A stretch of 64,000 bases of DNA. Origin: Squalus acanthias (lineage: Eukaryota). The DNA is taken from assembly GCA_030390025.1 (NCBI GenBank), contig JASTWF010000080.1, positions 62,001 to 126,000 of the forward strand, written 5' to 3'. The translations under genes were made by a program, and so were the position numbers. A model generated the notes under the pieces. It ran no database searches. It was not told where the DNA came from and saw nothing but the letters and a program-made list of their open reading frames with translations. Positions 30,994 through 43,800 of this stretch are shown piece by piece (position 1 is the stretch's first letter; each line of letters begins with the position of its first letter).

Positions 30994-33900
30994 TGTAAGA
31001 TTTCAATTGATCTCAGAGTTCTTGGACAAGACACCAATAGGCAGCAGCCAGTAAGTTTGAGCAATAGATCAGATTTATTAAGCTTACAGCGTAATCAATA
31101 CTTAACAACAGGCGATAGTTTTAACGAGTAGCTCGCAGACCTTGGTCTCTGGAACCTCTCGGACACAGATGACGTCGTCTTAAGTCTGTTGCTTTGTTCT
31201 CGCAGTAAGTCTGTGTAAAGTTGTTCTTTGAGTGTCGAGGTTTTAACCCTTTTCTCATCAAAAGTTCGCTCAGCCAGTGTCCATAGTCTTTAACAAATCA
31301 CCTTCTTTCATTGGTTCCAATGGTCAAAATACCATTGTCACTCAGACTAAGGGTAGCTTCTTGCCTTTCCAGTATTTATCCTGCAACTTTACCCTGTTCA
31401 TCGTTATCTTGTTTATAGTTCTTCACCCCATTGGAATTCATCTTATCTCTCTTATTCTAGGTTCCCTGGTACAAGCAGTGTTAAAGAAACTCTAATTAAG
31501 CTTAGCATTATAATACGTTATTTACCAATTTAACCTTCACTCGCAGCCTGTGGCTGTTTGTTACCAGAGCTGAGTCAAAACTGCTTTTGACTGTCTCCGC
31601 GGCTATATTCAAACAGTCTTTAACGTTTCCATACCCACAGGGAATTATGGGTAAGATTAGTTGGTCAATGGCTACCTTTGAATTTATACATATGAGATTT
31701 CTCTAAATACCAGTCTTTCGTACAGTCCCCACCTCGAGGATGAAATGTTTCAAACATTGATTCCTCGACTATTTCAATCTATTCTCTGACAAGCGTTGTT
31801 GCAAATTGGAGTCCTGTAATTGAGGGGAACGGAGCGCTTCTCAAAGGAGGCTTTATCCCCCTTGTCATTATAGGTCTGGGTTCTAACTATGACATTCCCA
31901 GGGGCCGACCCTTTACTATTGTCATGGCTGAGGGACACCCCGGGGTCTCCCTAACCATCATGTCGGCCGTGCTGATATTCCTTTCCTTCCAGTGCGTCCC
32001 AGTCTATCATTTCTCCTCCGCCCGCTGCTCCTACTGCTGAATCATACGATCTGGCAGTGGTGACCCTGATCTGACCCCGCCTGGGTCTCCTCTACATTGC
32101 TTCGGATCTTCTCTTTCGGTCTGCTTAATTAACTTGTTGGTGCTGCTTAGTCATAGGCATGAGTACACAATTGGCTTATCCATCGAAGTCTTACTACACG
32201 GGTTACATATATCAAATACACTATCATTACAAGTTGGACAACTAACTGAGCGTGTGAATTAATTCGAACCTAAGGGCGTGCTGATATATCAAGCCCAATA
32301 TCCCACCAGTGTGAGTTTCCCCTTTGCTGTTAATTTCAATATCTATTCTCGAGTTGTCTTGCTCCAAAACATCAAAATGCTTCAGGGAGGAGTTCAGTCA
32401 CATCATGAGCTCACTGAAACCCTCAGACAACAGGTGAATGTAGTATCCGAATTGTGCCACATAATTGTGCAGCTCATACTTAAGTATCTCATTTACTGTC
32501 AGTTTCACTTGAGCATAGGTTTTGATATTGAGTAAAACGAGTTGGTTGATGGGACAGGTCCTGTTCGACCCGTAGATCATGGTAGTTGCGGTAGTAGTGA
32601 CACAGGAGGCACCACCAAAATCACCTCATTCTGGATTCGTGCTGGTTTTTCCCACGAGCTGTTACCTACAAAACACAATTATTACAGTCACAGTTAAATT
32701 CAGTCTTACAATCATTTCACGCGACAACTAATCAACAAATCAGATCTCTCTTTTACTCGTATCCATCTTGTGGATAATTCATGTTAAACATGATTTCTCC
32801 TCAGCCCTCAATTGTCCCAATCCAAATTTCATGTAACTCTCCACTTCAACTACGATTTCATTCCCTCTAACAGGTACCAGTGTGTTTAACTCTATTCTGA
32901 TTGTTTCATTAGTTAGATAGTTTCTCGATGGAGTATGCGTCAATGCTTTAAAAGTTGTCTCACTCTCCTGAGCCACATTAACCATTTCATGTCGTGCTGT
33001 TGTCAAGTAACTGAGAATGTCTGAGACCCGTTCTTCAGTGCAGATTCACCATACATTTCCGGATGGTAATTGCTCCATACGCACAAATCACATTTGCACA
33101 CTCGTACCGGTATCTCAATATCATGCCAAACGTGCCATCCGATACAAGCCATTCCCGGGCTTTCAGATGATCCTATCAAAAGATTGTAGTTGTCTGGAGA
33201 TCTTTGCTCATCTTCCTCTGCATGGTCCCGATGTCTTGGGTAGTGGCCAGACTATCAATTCAGTTTTCTTAAAAAGTACATAGGCAAGACACAAATGTCT
33301 GCAAGAGAAAGCTGTCAATTTACTATTTGTAACTACACTTTCCTGACTTTCACTAGAAAGTTAGGAAAATTCCCATTTGATGGTGTAATTCTCCTGTTTC
33401 TATCTTACATAGAAACATAGAAAATAGGTGCAGGAGTAGACCATTCGGTCCTTCGAGCCTGCACCGCCATTCAATGCGTTCATGGCTGAACATGCTACCT
33501 CAGTACCCCATTCCTGCTTTCTCGCCATACCCCTTGATCCCCCTAGTTGTGAGTATTATATCTAACTCCCTTTTGAATATATTTAGCGAACTGGCCTCAA
33601 CAACCTTCTGTGGAAGAGAATTCCACAGATTCACCACTCTCTGGGTGAAGAAGTTCCTCCTCATCTCAGTCTTAAATGGCTTCCCCTTTATCCTTAGACT
33701 GTGACCCCTGGTTTTAGTTTCCCCTAACATTGGAAACATTCTGCCCGCATCTAATTTGTCTAAGCCAGTCAGGATTTTAAACGTCTCTATAAGATCCCCC
33801 CTCATTCTTCTGAACTCCAGAGGATACAAGTTCAGTTGATCCAGTCTTTCTTGATATGTCAGTCTGGCCATCCCAGGAATCAATCTAGTGAACCTTCGTT

Positions 33901-36900
33901 GCACTCCCTCAATAGCAAGAATGTCCTTCCTCAAGTTAGGAGACCAAAACTGCACACAATACTCCAGGTGTGGCCTCACCAAGGCCCTGTACAACTGTAG
34001 CATCACCTCCCTACTCCTGTACTCAAATCCCCTTGCTATGAAGGCCATCATGCCATTTGCTTTCTTGACTGCCTGCTGCACTTGCCTTCCCACCTTCAGT
34101 GACTGATGTACCATGACGCCCAGGTCTCGTTGCACCTCCCCTTTCCCTAATCTGCCACCATTCAGGTAATAGTCTGCCTCCCTATTTTTACCACCAAAGT
34201 GGATAACCTCACATTTATCCACATTGTACTTCATCTGCCATACATTTGCCCATTCACCCAACCTGTCCAAGTCACTCTGTAGCCTCCTAGCATCCTCCTC
34301 ATTGTTCACACTGCCTCCCAATTTAGTGTCATCCGCAAATTTGGAGATATTACAATTAATCCCTTCGTCCAAATCATTAATATATAATGTAAACAGCTGG
34401 GGTCCCAGCACCGAACCCTGCGGTACCCCGCTGGTCACTGCCTGCCATTCTGAAAAGTACCCATTTACTCCTACTCTTTGTTTCCTGTGTGCCAACCAGT
34501 TCTCAATCCACGTCAACACATTACCTCCAATCCCATGTGCTTTAACTTTGCACACCAATCTCTTTTGTGGGACCTTGTCGAAGGCCTTCTGAAAGTCCAA
34601 ATACACCACATCTACTGGTTCCCCCCCGTCCACCCTATTGGAAACATCCTCAAAAAATTCCAGAAGATTTGTCAAGCATGATTTCCCTATCACAAATCCA
34701 TGCTGACTTGGACCTATCATGTCGCCACTTTCCAAATGGTCTGTTATGACATCTTTAATAATTGATTCCATCATTTTACCCAACACCGATGTCAGGCTGA
34801 CCGGTCTATAATTCCCTGCTTTCTCCCTCCCTCCTTTTTAAAAAAGAGGGGTTACATTAGCCACCCTCCACTCCTTCGGAACTGCTCCAGAGTCTAAGGA
34901 ATGTTGGAAAATGATCGTCAATGCATCCACTATTTCCAAGGCCACCTCCTTAAGTACTCTGGGATGCAGACCATCAGGCCCTGGGGATTTATCAGCCTTC
35001 ACCCTCAATCACTTCCTCTCTCCATTTTACACATCCCATTAATTACCATTCATATCTCATTCATGAGCCTTGGAGGAACTTTACTGTCCAGTACAATATT
35101 TAAGATTGAAAACATAGATCAAACATTCTTACTTGGTCCAAGCTATTAACACTTTTTATTGATCATTATTTTAGAGGATCTTTTATTTTCCCAAAAGTAA
35201 CCCAATATATAGTGCCTGAGTCCATTTTGTCATTTCAAAATTATCCCAAAATCCAAACAGCAGTACTGTTAAACTGAAAGGTTTTGTCAATGTTCAATTT
35301 CATTTCTATCAATTTATCTTCCATTTCTAATTTCAGAAACAAATGATTTCCAGGCTAGGTGGTTTACACAGTGTTTTAACATTTGAGACAGAAGTGCTGC
35401 AATAAGTTTACAAGGTAACTTCCATATAACAAAAGAAAGCAGAGAATCCATTGTGGCTCTGCTTAAGAGCCCAAGGGGTTAATTTATCAAATCATAATTT
35501 TCCTTCTGTCACTCTGGGGAAATATTAACTTAAAATTAAGAAACTTAAATTTAATAATGTCCAATATCTTTAAATTTCATTCAGCAATACTAAAGTTGTT
35601 GCTCGGTGAACTTAAACAGCTGTCAGTGGAAAGGGTTAACTCCTTTGCAGGTTTTTAAGAAGGCGGAGCGAAATTTTGTTAGGCGCACGCAATTGCGTCA
35701 CTTCACGTAAATTAAAAAAATCTTTCCCGATCGAAAAAGACAGTTGTGTTTTCACACTTTAGCTAAACACAAACAGAACAGATAAAACAAAACAAAATAG
35801 CACATGCTTGCAGGAAACAGTAAATTATGTCATATTTCTTATTGTCCTTTCTTCAGATGCCTTTCCAAATAACTGTAAAAACATTGAATACAACTGGAGA
35901 AAAATTCGTTTTTCACATTTAAACAAATCAAATCAAACTGCTTTGGAAGATTTCACCATAGCAACCACGATTCCAAGGTTAAATCTTAGACGGAAACTTA
36001 ATCTTTTGTTAAACAAACTTTTTGTTTTTCTCAGTTTTTCCACACCACCTTAAATTAAATTGTAATTCAAGGGTTTCTTTCCAATTCTTGGGGCACAGTC
36101 TTATTCGCACATTCTTAAAACTTCCAAAATCCAAGACAACACAAAAGGGTTAAATGCTTTTAACACAGAGATGTGGGTGGAGCTAAAACACACATAATAG
36201 ACACTTTTTGTTTTAAAGACAAACTTTCAGACAAAAGGAATACTGTTACTACTTAAACATTGTCAGGAAAACTTTCACACTTTAACACACACTTCCACAC
36301 AAACTGAAATTCCAGCATTTTTTTAAGGTTCCTTTCACTCAGCAAATCTTGTGTTTTATTTGTTTCAGCACAGACGTTAATAACTTCCATGTCAGTGAAA
36401 CTTTAAGTTTCTCTTTTTATTTCTTTTTTTAAATCGACGTCTCAGCAGCTTTTCCTGGCTTTCCAAATCCCTGTTTTTTTCCCTTTGCTGAATTTTCAGA
36501 TTGGTTAGCCTGCAATTTAGATTTTTTTCCTTCTCTATCTCCCCACTCTCTCTCCTGCACTTTATGCTTCACCTCCTTCAGGCTATCTATCAACTGTTCC
36601 TGGTGATATGCCAACGCCATTGTATTTCTGGTTTTACTTTTTAACACGCTCTTTCCCGCTCCCTTCTTTCAGAGAGAAAAATACTCAGTCTAAGCAACGA
36701 TCACGTGCGTTTGACCAAGTCCCTCTGGTCCCCACAACCAGAACCTTACAACGCCCAACTCTGTGATCCCACTTCTGACACCACTGTAAGATTTGGATCA
36801 CAGGTCACACACAGATTACCCAAAGGTTCTTAGGAGTTGTAAGGCTTTTTATTAAAGAGCTACAGTTTAAAGCATAATCAGATATTACTACATGTGATTG

Positions 36901-37522
36901 AAATAGATACAGTAGACACACAACCCGTGACAGATGAGGGCGATCTACGGCCCTAGAATGGAACGAAACAACTGGACAGACGGGGAGGCAGTACGGTGGT
37001 CTCGGATTGGCTGGATTCCTGCAGTCTGCGGTCACTTCCGTTGGGTCATCCCTCGAGCTGTAGGAGGTGTTAGGCCGCAGCCACCTTGGGGAAGCCTTCG
37101 CCCCTAACTGCCTGATTTCCCCTCTCGGTCGTCTACTTTTATAGTTATTTCAGTGGGCTGGTGATTACCTGGTGTCAATCATTTGTTCCCCATCCCATTG
37201 TCCAATTACAAGGGAGAGGTTACCTCTGACAGCCCCCTCCCAGTGTCATGAGGTAATTTTCCTCCTTATCTCTGTTCTAAAGGTCTTGTTGGCCTCTTGT
37301 AGACAGCTTATTTATCCCACAGCTCCTTGCTGTATCTCGTATCAGGCCTAGTTTTGCCCACTCGAAGGCCTATTTTAGTGTTCTGACCTCGTAATTCAGC
37401 TCTCTGTGTACAGCTATTTTTCTGACATGACTGGAATCTTTCTGTGTCATCAACTTAGGCAAACTGCTGATCGAGGGAACCCGTAACAGACTATTATTTC
37501 TTTCAATCCATGATTTCTTACA
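30994..37522 (-). mobile_element. Degenerate ERV-like LTR element with two non-matching LTRs (junction element, copy 1)
   Basis: LTR-A 30994-31724 (TGTAAGA...GTACA) with PPT-like GAGGTGGGGAC at 31725-31735; LTR-B 36785-37522 (TGTAAGA...TCTTACA); PBS TGGTGTCAGAAGTGGGAT at 36766-36783 (tRNA-Leu CAA); env-like TM remnant near 32150-32320. Confidence 0.75.
33408..35000 (-). mobile_element. 5'-truncated CR1 LINE with an open RT frame (ORF 33500-34786)
   Basis: QHGF...SCLTNLLEFFE...[11 protein letters not shown]...[14 protein letters not shown]...KFADDTKLGG...; 3' (TTTCTATG)n tail at ~33408-33425. Confidence 0.93.
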
Positions 37523-37805
37523 AGTGTCTGGGAGGGTGAGACGGGGTCAGGAGGGGGAGTGAGATTAGTCTGACAGGGTTTAACAGTGTCTGGGATGGTG
37601 AGTCGGGGTGAGGAGGGGAGTGAGATTAGTCTGACAGGGTTTAACAGTGTCTGGGAGGGTGAGACGGGGTCAGGAGGGGAGTGAGATTAGTTTGACAGGG
37701 TTTAACAGTGTCTGGGAGGGTGAGACGGGGTCAGGAGGGGAGTGAGATTAGTCTGACAGGGTTTAGCAGTGTCTGGGAGAGTGAGACGGGCTTAGGAGGG
37801 GAGTG
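37523..37805. repeat. ~60-bp minisatellite (repeat B), unit 2
   Basis: Same unit as 292-1177. Confidence 0.92.
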
Positions 37806-37859
37806 AAAAAGTCACAAATACGTCAACAGGGGGAAAGAATCGAAACTTCACTTACTGAA

Positions 37860-40800
37860 TCACAAAGGAGCCGGCACAGAGACATCAGAAGCTGAGAAAA
37901 TAAAACAGAATGTGAGAAATGGGAATAAAATATATAAATAGAGAATGTGAGATATTCTACATCACTGACTGGGCCCAGGAGCCAATCACCTCCCAGCAAT
38001 AACTAAACAGACTCACAAATGATAAATGTGCACAGAGACAAGGGACTGGAGGGCGAGGGACTGGAGAGCGAGGGACTGGAGGACGAGGGACTGGAGGGTG
38101 AGGGACAGGAGAGCGAGGGACTGGAGGGGGAGGGACTGGAGGGGGAGGGACTGGAGGGCGAGGGGCTGGAGGGCGAGGGGCTGGAGGGCGAGGGGCTGGA
38201 GGGCGAGGGGCTGGAGGGCGAGGGGCTGAACGGCGAGGGACTGGAGAGCGAGGGACTGGATGGCGAGGGACTGGAGGGCGAGGGACTGGCGGGCGAGGGA
38301 TTGGAGTTTGAGGGACTGAAGTTTAAGGGACTGGAGGGCGCGGGATTGGTGTGAGTAACGCAGAGTGTAATAAATGTCAGTTGGAATGGGGATAACCCAT
38401 TATTAGAGTGTGAGCACACACCCAGTGTGAGGATCGGAGAGTGTGTACTCACTCTGTCCCTCAGTTCTACATTCCTCTCTCTCACTCTCTCCTCTCAGTG
38501 CCCTGTGCTCCCAGTACTGGAGATTCCCCACACTCGCTCTGTCCCTCAGTTCTACATTCCTCTCTCTCACTCTCTCCTCTCAGTGCCCTGTGCTCCCAGT
38601 ACTGGAGATTCCCCACACTCACTCTGTCCCTCAGTTCTACATTCCCTTCTCTCTGATTCTTACCTCTCCGTTGTTTTATCCAGATGAATATTCCAATTAT
38701 CCCGATTATAACCAGTGCAGCGACTGATCCAATTATAATTCCAGGATGGGAGCGTGCACCACTGTTTTCTGGTATTTCTGAAACACATTTGAATAATATC
38801 AGGATAGTTTCTCTCTTCCCGGATCCATTCCCAGTTCGGTGTCGATGGAGGGACAATTTTAACCTCGCTCGCCCGTCGGGAATCTGAGGGATCGGGTCCA
38901 ACGCTGGTTTTACTCTCGCCTGATCTCACTCTTCATTGGAGTCATTAAAGAGTCTCATTGATGGTGGTGTTGGACCGGCGTTGCCCCGATCCCCGGGGTT
39001 ACCTGCCCGGCGAGCTCGGTTCAATTTACCCCCCATGTCTCTGTGTCCTGTCCTGGGTCCATCCCCAGGGTCACATTGTACGCCCCAGGAGTCAGCATCA
39101 CTGATGGATTTCACATCAAACTTCAAAGGGATGGGGAATAAATTGACTGCAGCAAACTGGGCTGAGCTGGTAATGAGTAAAGCTACAGATAAACAGTGGG
39201 GTAGCTTCAAAAAAAGTACCGGGTACAATCCAACACCAGGACTTTCCCCGACAACGCAAAGACTCCACTTCTGTAGTTAGGCAACCATGGTCGACAAATG
39301 AAAGAAGTGAGAGTATCCAGGTAAAGGGAAAGGCTGACACAGTGACCAGAGATTGAGATACAGAGCACTTAGACAAGTATCGGCTGATCAGAGGGTCACC
39401 CCTCAGCCTTCTTTTTTCAAGTGAAAAGAGACCCAGCCTGTTCATCTTTTCCTGATATGTATAGCCTCGCATTTCTGGTATCATCCTTGTAAATCTTCTC
39501 TGCACCCTCTCCAGGCCTCTATATCCTTTTTATAATATGGCGACCAGAACTGTACGCAGTACTCCAAGTGTGGTCTAACCAAGGATCGATGAAGGTTTAG
39601 CATAACTTCACTACTTTTCCATTCTATCCCTCTAGAAATAAACCCTAGTGCTTGATTTGTTTTGATGGCCTTGTTACCTGTGTCGCAACTTTTAGTGATT
39701 TGTGTATTTTACGCCGAGATCCCTTTGTTCCTCTAACCCACCTCTGGCGTACTACATTCAGTTCTGGGCACCAAACCTCACGTAAGATATATTGGCCTTG
39801 GAAGGGGTACAGAGCAGATTCACCAGAATGATACCAGCTCAGAGGGTTAAATTTTGAGGAGAAAGTTGGCTTGTATTGCACTGAGTGTAGAAGGGTGAAG
39901 GGTGATCACATTGAGGTGTTTAAAATGATAAAGGGATTCGATAGGGTAGATACAGAGAAACTATTTTCACTGGTGGTGAATCCAGAACAAAAGAGTATAA
40001 TTGTACAATTAGAGCTCGGACATTTAGGAGTGAAATCAGAAAGCACTTCTTCACACAAAGGGCAGTGGAAATCTGGAACTCACTCTCCCAAAAGTCTGGG
40101 GGTTCAATTGAAATTTTTATGACTGAGATCGAGTGATTTTTGTTGGGTAAGGGTATCAAGGGATGTAGAGCAATGACGGGTAAATGGAGTTGAGGTACTG
40201 ATCAGTCATGATCTCATTGAATGGTGGAACAGACTCAAGGGGCCGAATGTCCTACTCCTGTTCCTATGATCCATACATGCTCACAGAGACACACGCACAC
40301 ATCCAGTGCAGTTCCTTACCCCACCGATAGACCTTTGCCTCTGCCAGGCTGCTGTGTTCAATTTGACAGGAGTATTGATCCTCATCCCCAGCATTCACTT
40401 CAATCTCGTTCTTGATCTGATGGGTCTCATTGTGGTTCGGTCGAACCCCCGAGGAGTGGCTCTCAGACACTGGCTCTCCATTCCTTAGCCAGGTCACCTC
40501 GATATCTACAGGGTAAAATCCAGTAACCAGGCAGGAGAGAGTGGGCGGTTTGTACTGACTATTGGGGTCACTTCTGGAGATGAACACTTCGGGCTGAACT
40601 GAGAGGGGAAAGGGAGAAAACACAAACAGTAGACAGACACCGAATGGAATGGGAGAACGGTTTCATAGATCTGTGAAGTTAGATCAGAACATGGGATAAA
40701 AACTGAAATCAATACCTTTCCTTTCAAAATATTCCTTTCCAGCTCGCAAATATAAATGTAAACTCTGAGCAAATCCTTCTTCCAGATGTGTTTTCCAATA

Positions 40801-43800
40801 CTTGTTCCAGGATTCATCCGAATTCCATTTTTCCTTAGTCTTCACTGCATAGTGATTGGATGCGACCCATCTCATTCTGTCTGGTTCTAAACTAATATAG
40901 TCCTTTCCGTCATATCCAACACGCATCGATCTCTTAATGGAGCCGTCGTCAGTTATTTCAGCAATTGAAATCCATTGAAAAATGTGAACACCTGTCAGTG
41001 ACCAAACAGGGATCAATAATCAATAATCAATAGTTAATGGAAAATCACAATTCAGTCTGATCAGAGGGGAAAGGGACTGTAGAATCAGGGGGAAATGGGG
41101 GGTTAGAGTCACAGTCTGATCAGAGGGGAAAGGGACTGCAGAATCAGGGGGAAATGGGGGGTTAGAGTCACAGTCTGATCAGAGGGGAAAGGGGCTGTAG
41201 AATCAGGGGGAAATGGGGGGTTAGAGTCACAGTCTGATCAGAGGGGAAAGGGACTGCAGAATCAGGTAGAAATATCAGAAGGGTTCCCAGTGGAAACTGA
41301 TTATTGGACTTTTGGCAGTGAATTCAGAGACCAGCCTGAACCTTCCTATTAATGGGCACAAGTTTAACGGAATGATTAATGGGAAATTGGGCAGAGATCC
41401 ATTATGTTACCCAACCAAGAGGGTTAATTCCCACTAGTGTAAGCAAAGGGGTAAATTCCCAGCACGGTAACAACATGAGTTAATTCCCAACACACTAACG
41501 GAAGGGGTTACTTCACAGAATGGAGTGTCCCAGGGGTCAGTGCTGGGAGATGGACTGAGTGGAGTGTCCCAGGGTTCAGTGCTGGGAGATGGGCTGAGTG
41601 GAGTGTCCCAGGGTTCAGTGCTATGGACTGAGTGGAGTGTCCCAGGGATCAGTGCTGGGAGATGGACTGAGTGGAGTGTCCCAGGGATCAGTGCTGGGAG
41701 ATGGGCTGAGTGGAGTGTCCCAGGGATCAGTGCTGGGAGATGGACTGAGTGGAGTGTCCCAGGGATCAGTGCTGGGAGATGGGCTGAGTGGAGTGTCCCA
41801 GGGATCAGTGCTGGGAGATGGGCTGAGCGGAGTGTCCCAGGGATCAGTGCTGGGAGATGGGCTGAGTGGAGTGTCCCAGGGATCAGTGCTGGAGATGGGC
41901 TGAGTGGAGTGTCCCAGGGATCAGTGCTGGGAGATGGACTGAGTGGAGTGTCCCAGGGATCAGTGCTGGGAGATGGACTGAGTGGAGTGTCCCAGGGATC
42001 AGTGCTGGGAGATGGACTGAGTGGAGTGTCCCAGGGATCAGTGCTATGGACTGAGTGGAGTTTCCCAGGGATCAGTGCTGGGAGATGGACTGAGTGGAGT
42101 GTCCCAGGGATCAGTGCTATGGACTGAATGGAGTTTCCCAGGGATCAGTGCTGGGAGATGGACTGAGTGGAGTGTCCCAGGGATCAGTGCTGGGAGATGA
42201 ACTGAGTGGAGTGTCCCAGGGATCAGTGCTGGGAGATGGGCTGAGTGGAGTGTCCCAGGGATCAGTGCTGGGAGATGGGTTGAGTGGATTGTCCCAGGGA
42301 TCAGTGCTGTGAGATGAACTGAGTGGAGTGTCCCAGGGATCAGTGCTGGGGGCTGAGTGGAGTGTCCCTGGGATCAGTGCTGGGAGATGGGCTGAGTGGA
42401 GTGTCCCAGGGATCAGTGCTGGGTGATGGGCTGAGTGGAGTGTCCCAGGGATCAGTGCTGGGAGATGGACTGAGTGGAGTGTCCCAGGGATCAGTGCTAT
42501 GGACTGAGTGGAGTTTCCCAGGGATCAGTGCTGGGAGATGGACTGAGTGGAGTGTCCCAGGGATCAGTGCTATGGACTGAATGGAGTTTCCCAGGGATCA
42601 GTGCTGGGAGATGGACTGAGTGGAGTGTCCCAGGGATCAGTGCTGGGAGATGAACTGAGTGGAGTGTCCCAGGGATCAGTGCTGGGAGATGGGCTGAGTG
42701 GAGTGTCCCAGGGATCAGTGCTGGGAGATGGGTTGAGTGGATTGTCCCAGGGATCAGTGCTGTGAGATGAACTGAGTGGAGTGTCCCAGGGATCAGTGCT
42801 GGGGGCTGAGTGGAGTGTCCCTGGGATCAGTGCTGGGAGATGGGCTGAGTGGAGTGTCCCAGGGATCAGTGCTGGGTGATGGGCTGAGTGGAGTGTCCCT
42901 GGGATCGGTGCTGGGAGATGGACTGAATGGAGTGTCCCAGGGATCAGTGCTGGGAGATGGGCTGAGTGGAGTGTCCCAGGGGTCAGTGCTGGGAGATGGG
43001 CTGAGTGGAGTGTCGCAGGGGTCAGTGCTCGGAGAAGGACTGAGTAGAGTGTCCCAGGGATCAGTGCTGGGAGATGGGCTGAGTGGAGTGTCCCAGGGTT
43101 CAGTGCTGGGAGATGGGCTGAGGGGAGTGTCCCAGGGATCAGTGCTGGGAGATGGGCTGAGTGGAGTGTCCCAGGGATCAGTGCTGGGAGATGGGCTGAG
43201 TGGAGCGCTAGACATTGACCAGTACACATGGTTAAAATGTCATTGCTTCAGCAGGAACATCGACGCCTCCTCCCAACACGCATGCACGTTAGTGTTACGA
43301 TCTGTTGAATGCTCTCCGCACATTCTCCATCAAGGAGTGAGTGCCTCTGTCCCTAATAGTCTTCACTTCCTGATCTCTCTGAGGTATTTAACACAGAGAG
43401 TCCCATTCTCCTTTCACACTGCCTCCTGGATTGGCATTGCCCATTCTGCTCTACTGGAGAAGACCGATCTCACCCCCAGATATATGAATATACACCGAGA
43501 CACAAAAAGAAGCCAGGAATTGCCCAACAAGCTTCCCTTTCCTGGATGGTCACAACCATCTCACCATATTCACAACTTGCTCTCTCGCAAACCTCTCCTG
43601 ATCTTCGTCAATGTGGACAGAACTTTGTAAACATCTCGATCAGAATAGGGAGAAGGAACAGAATAACCGTCTGTGTGTCCCTGATTCATGGTGGCCCATA
43701 CACTATACAGTCCAGTGTTAGAATGCAGTATAACTATGGCTGGGTACCTGTCCGGCACCCATTAAACAGGGCAGGCAGTGGGAGATTCTGCTGATCTTAC

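Noticed and set aside
36766-36783. tRNA-Leu 3' end as a tRNA gene
   Set aside because: Only 18 nt including CCA, adjacent to an LTR: a primer-binding site.
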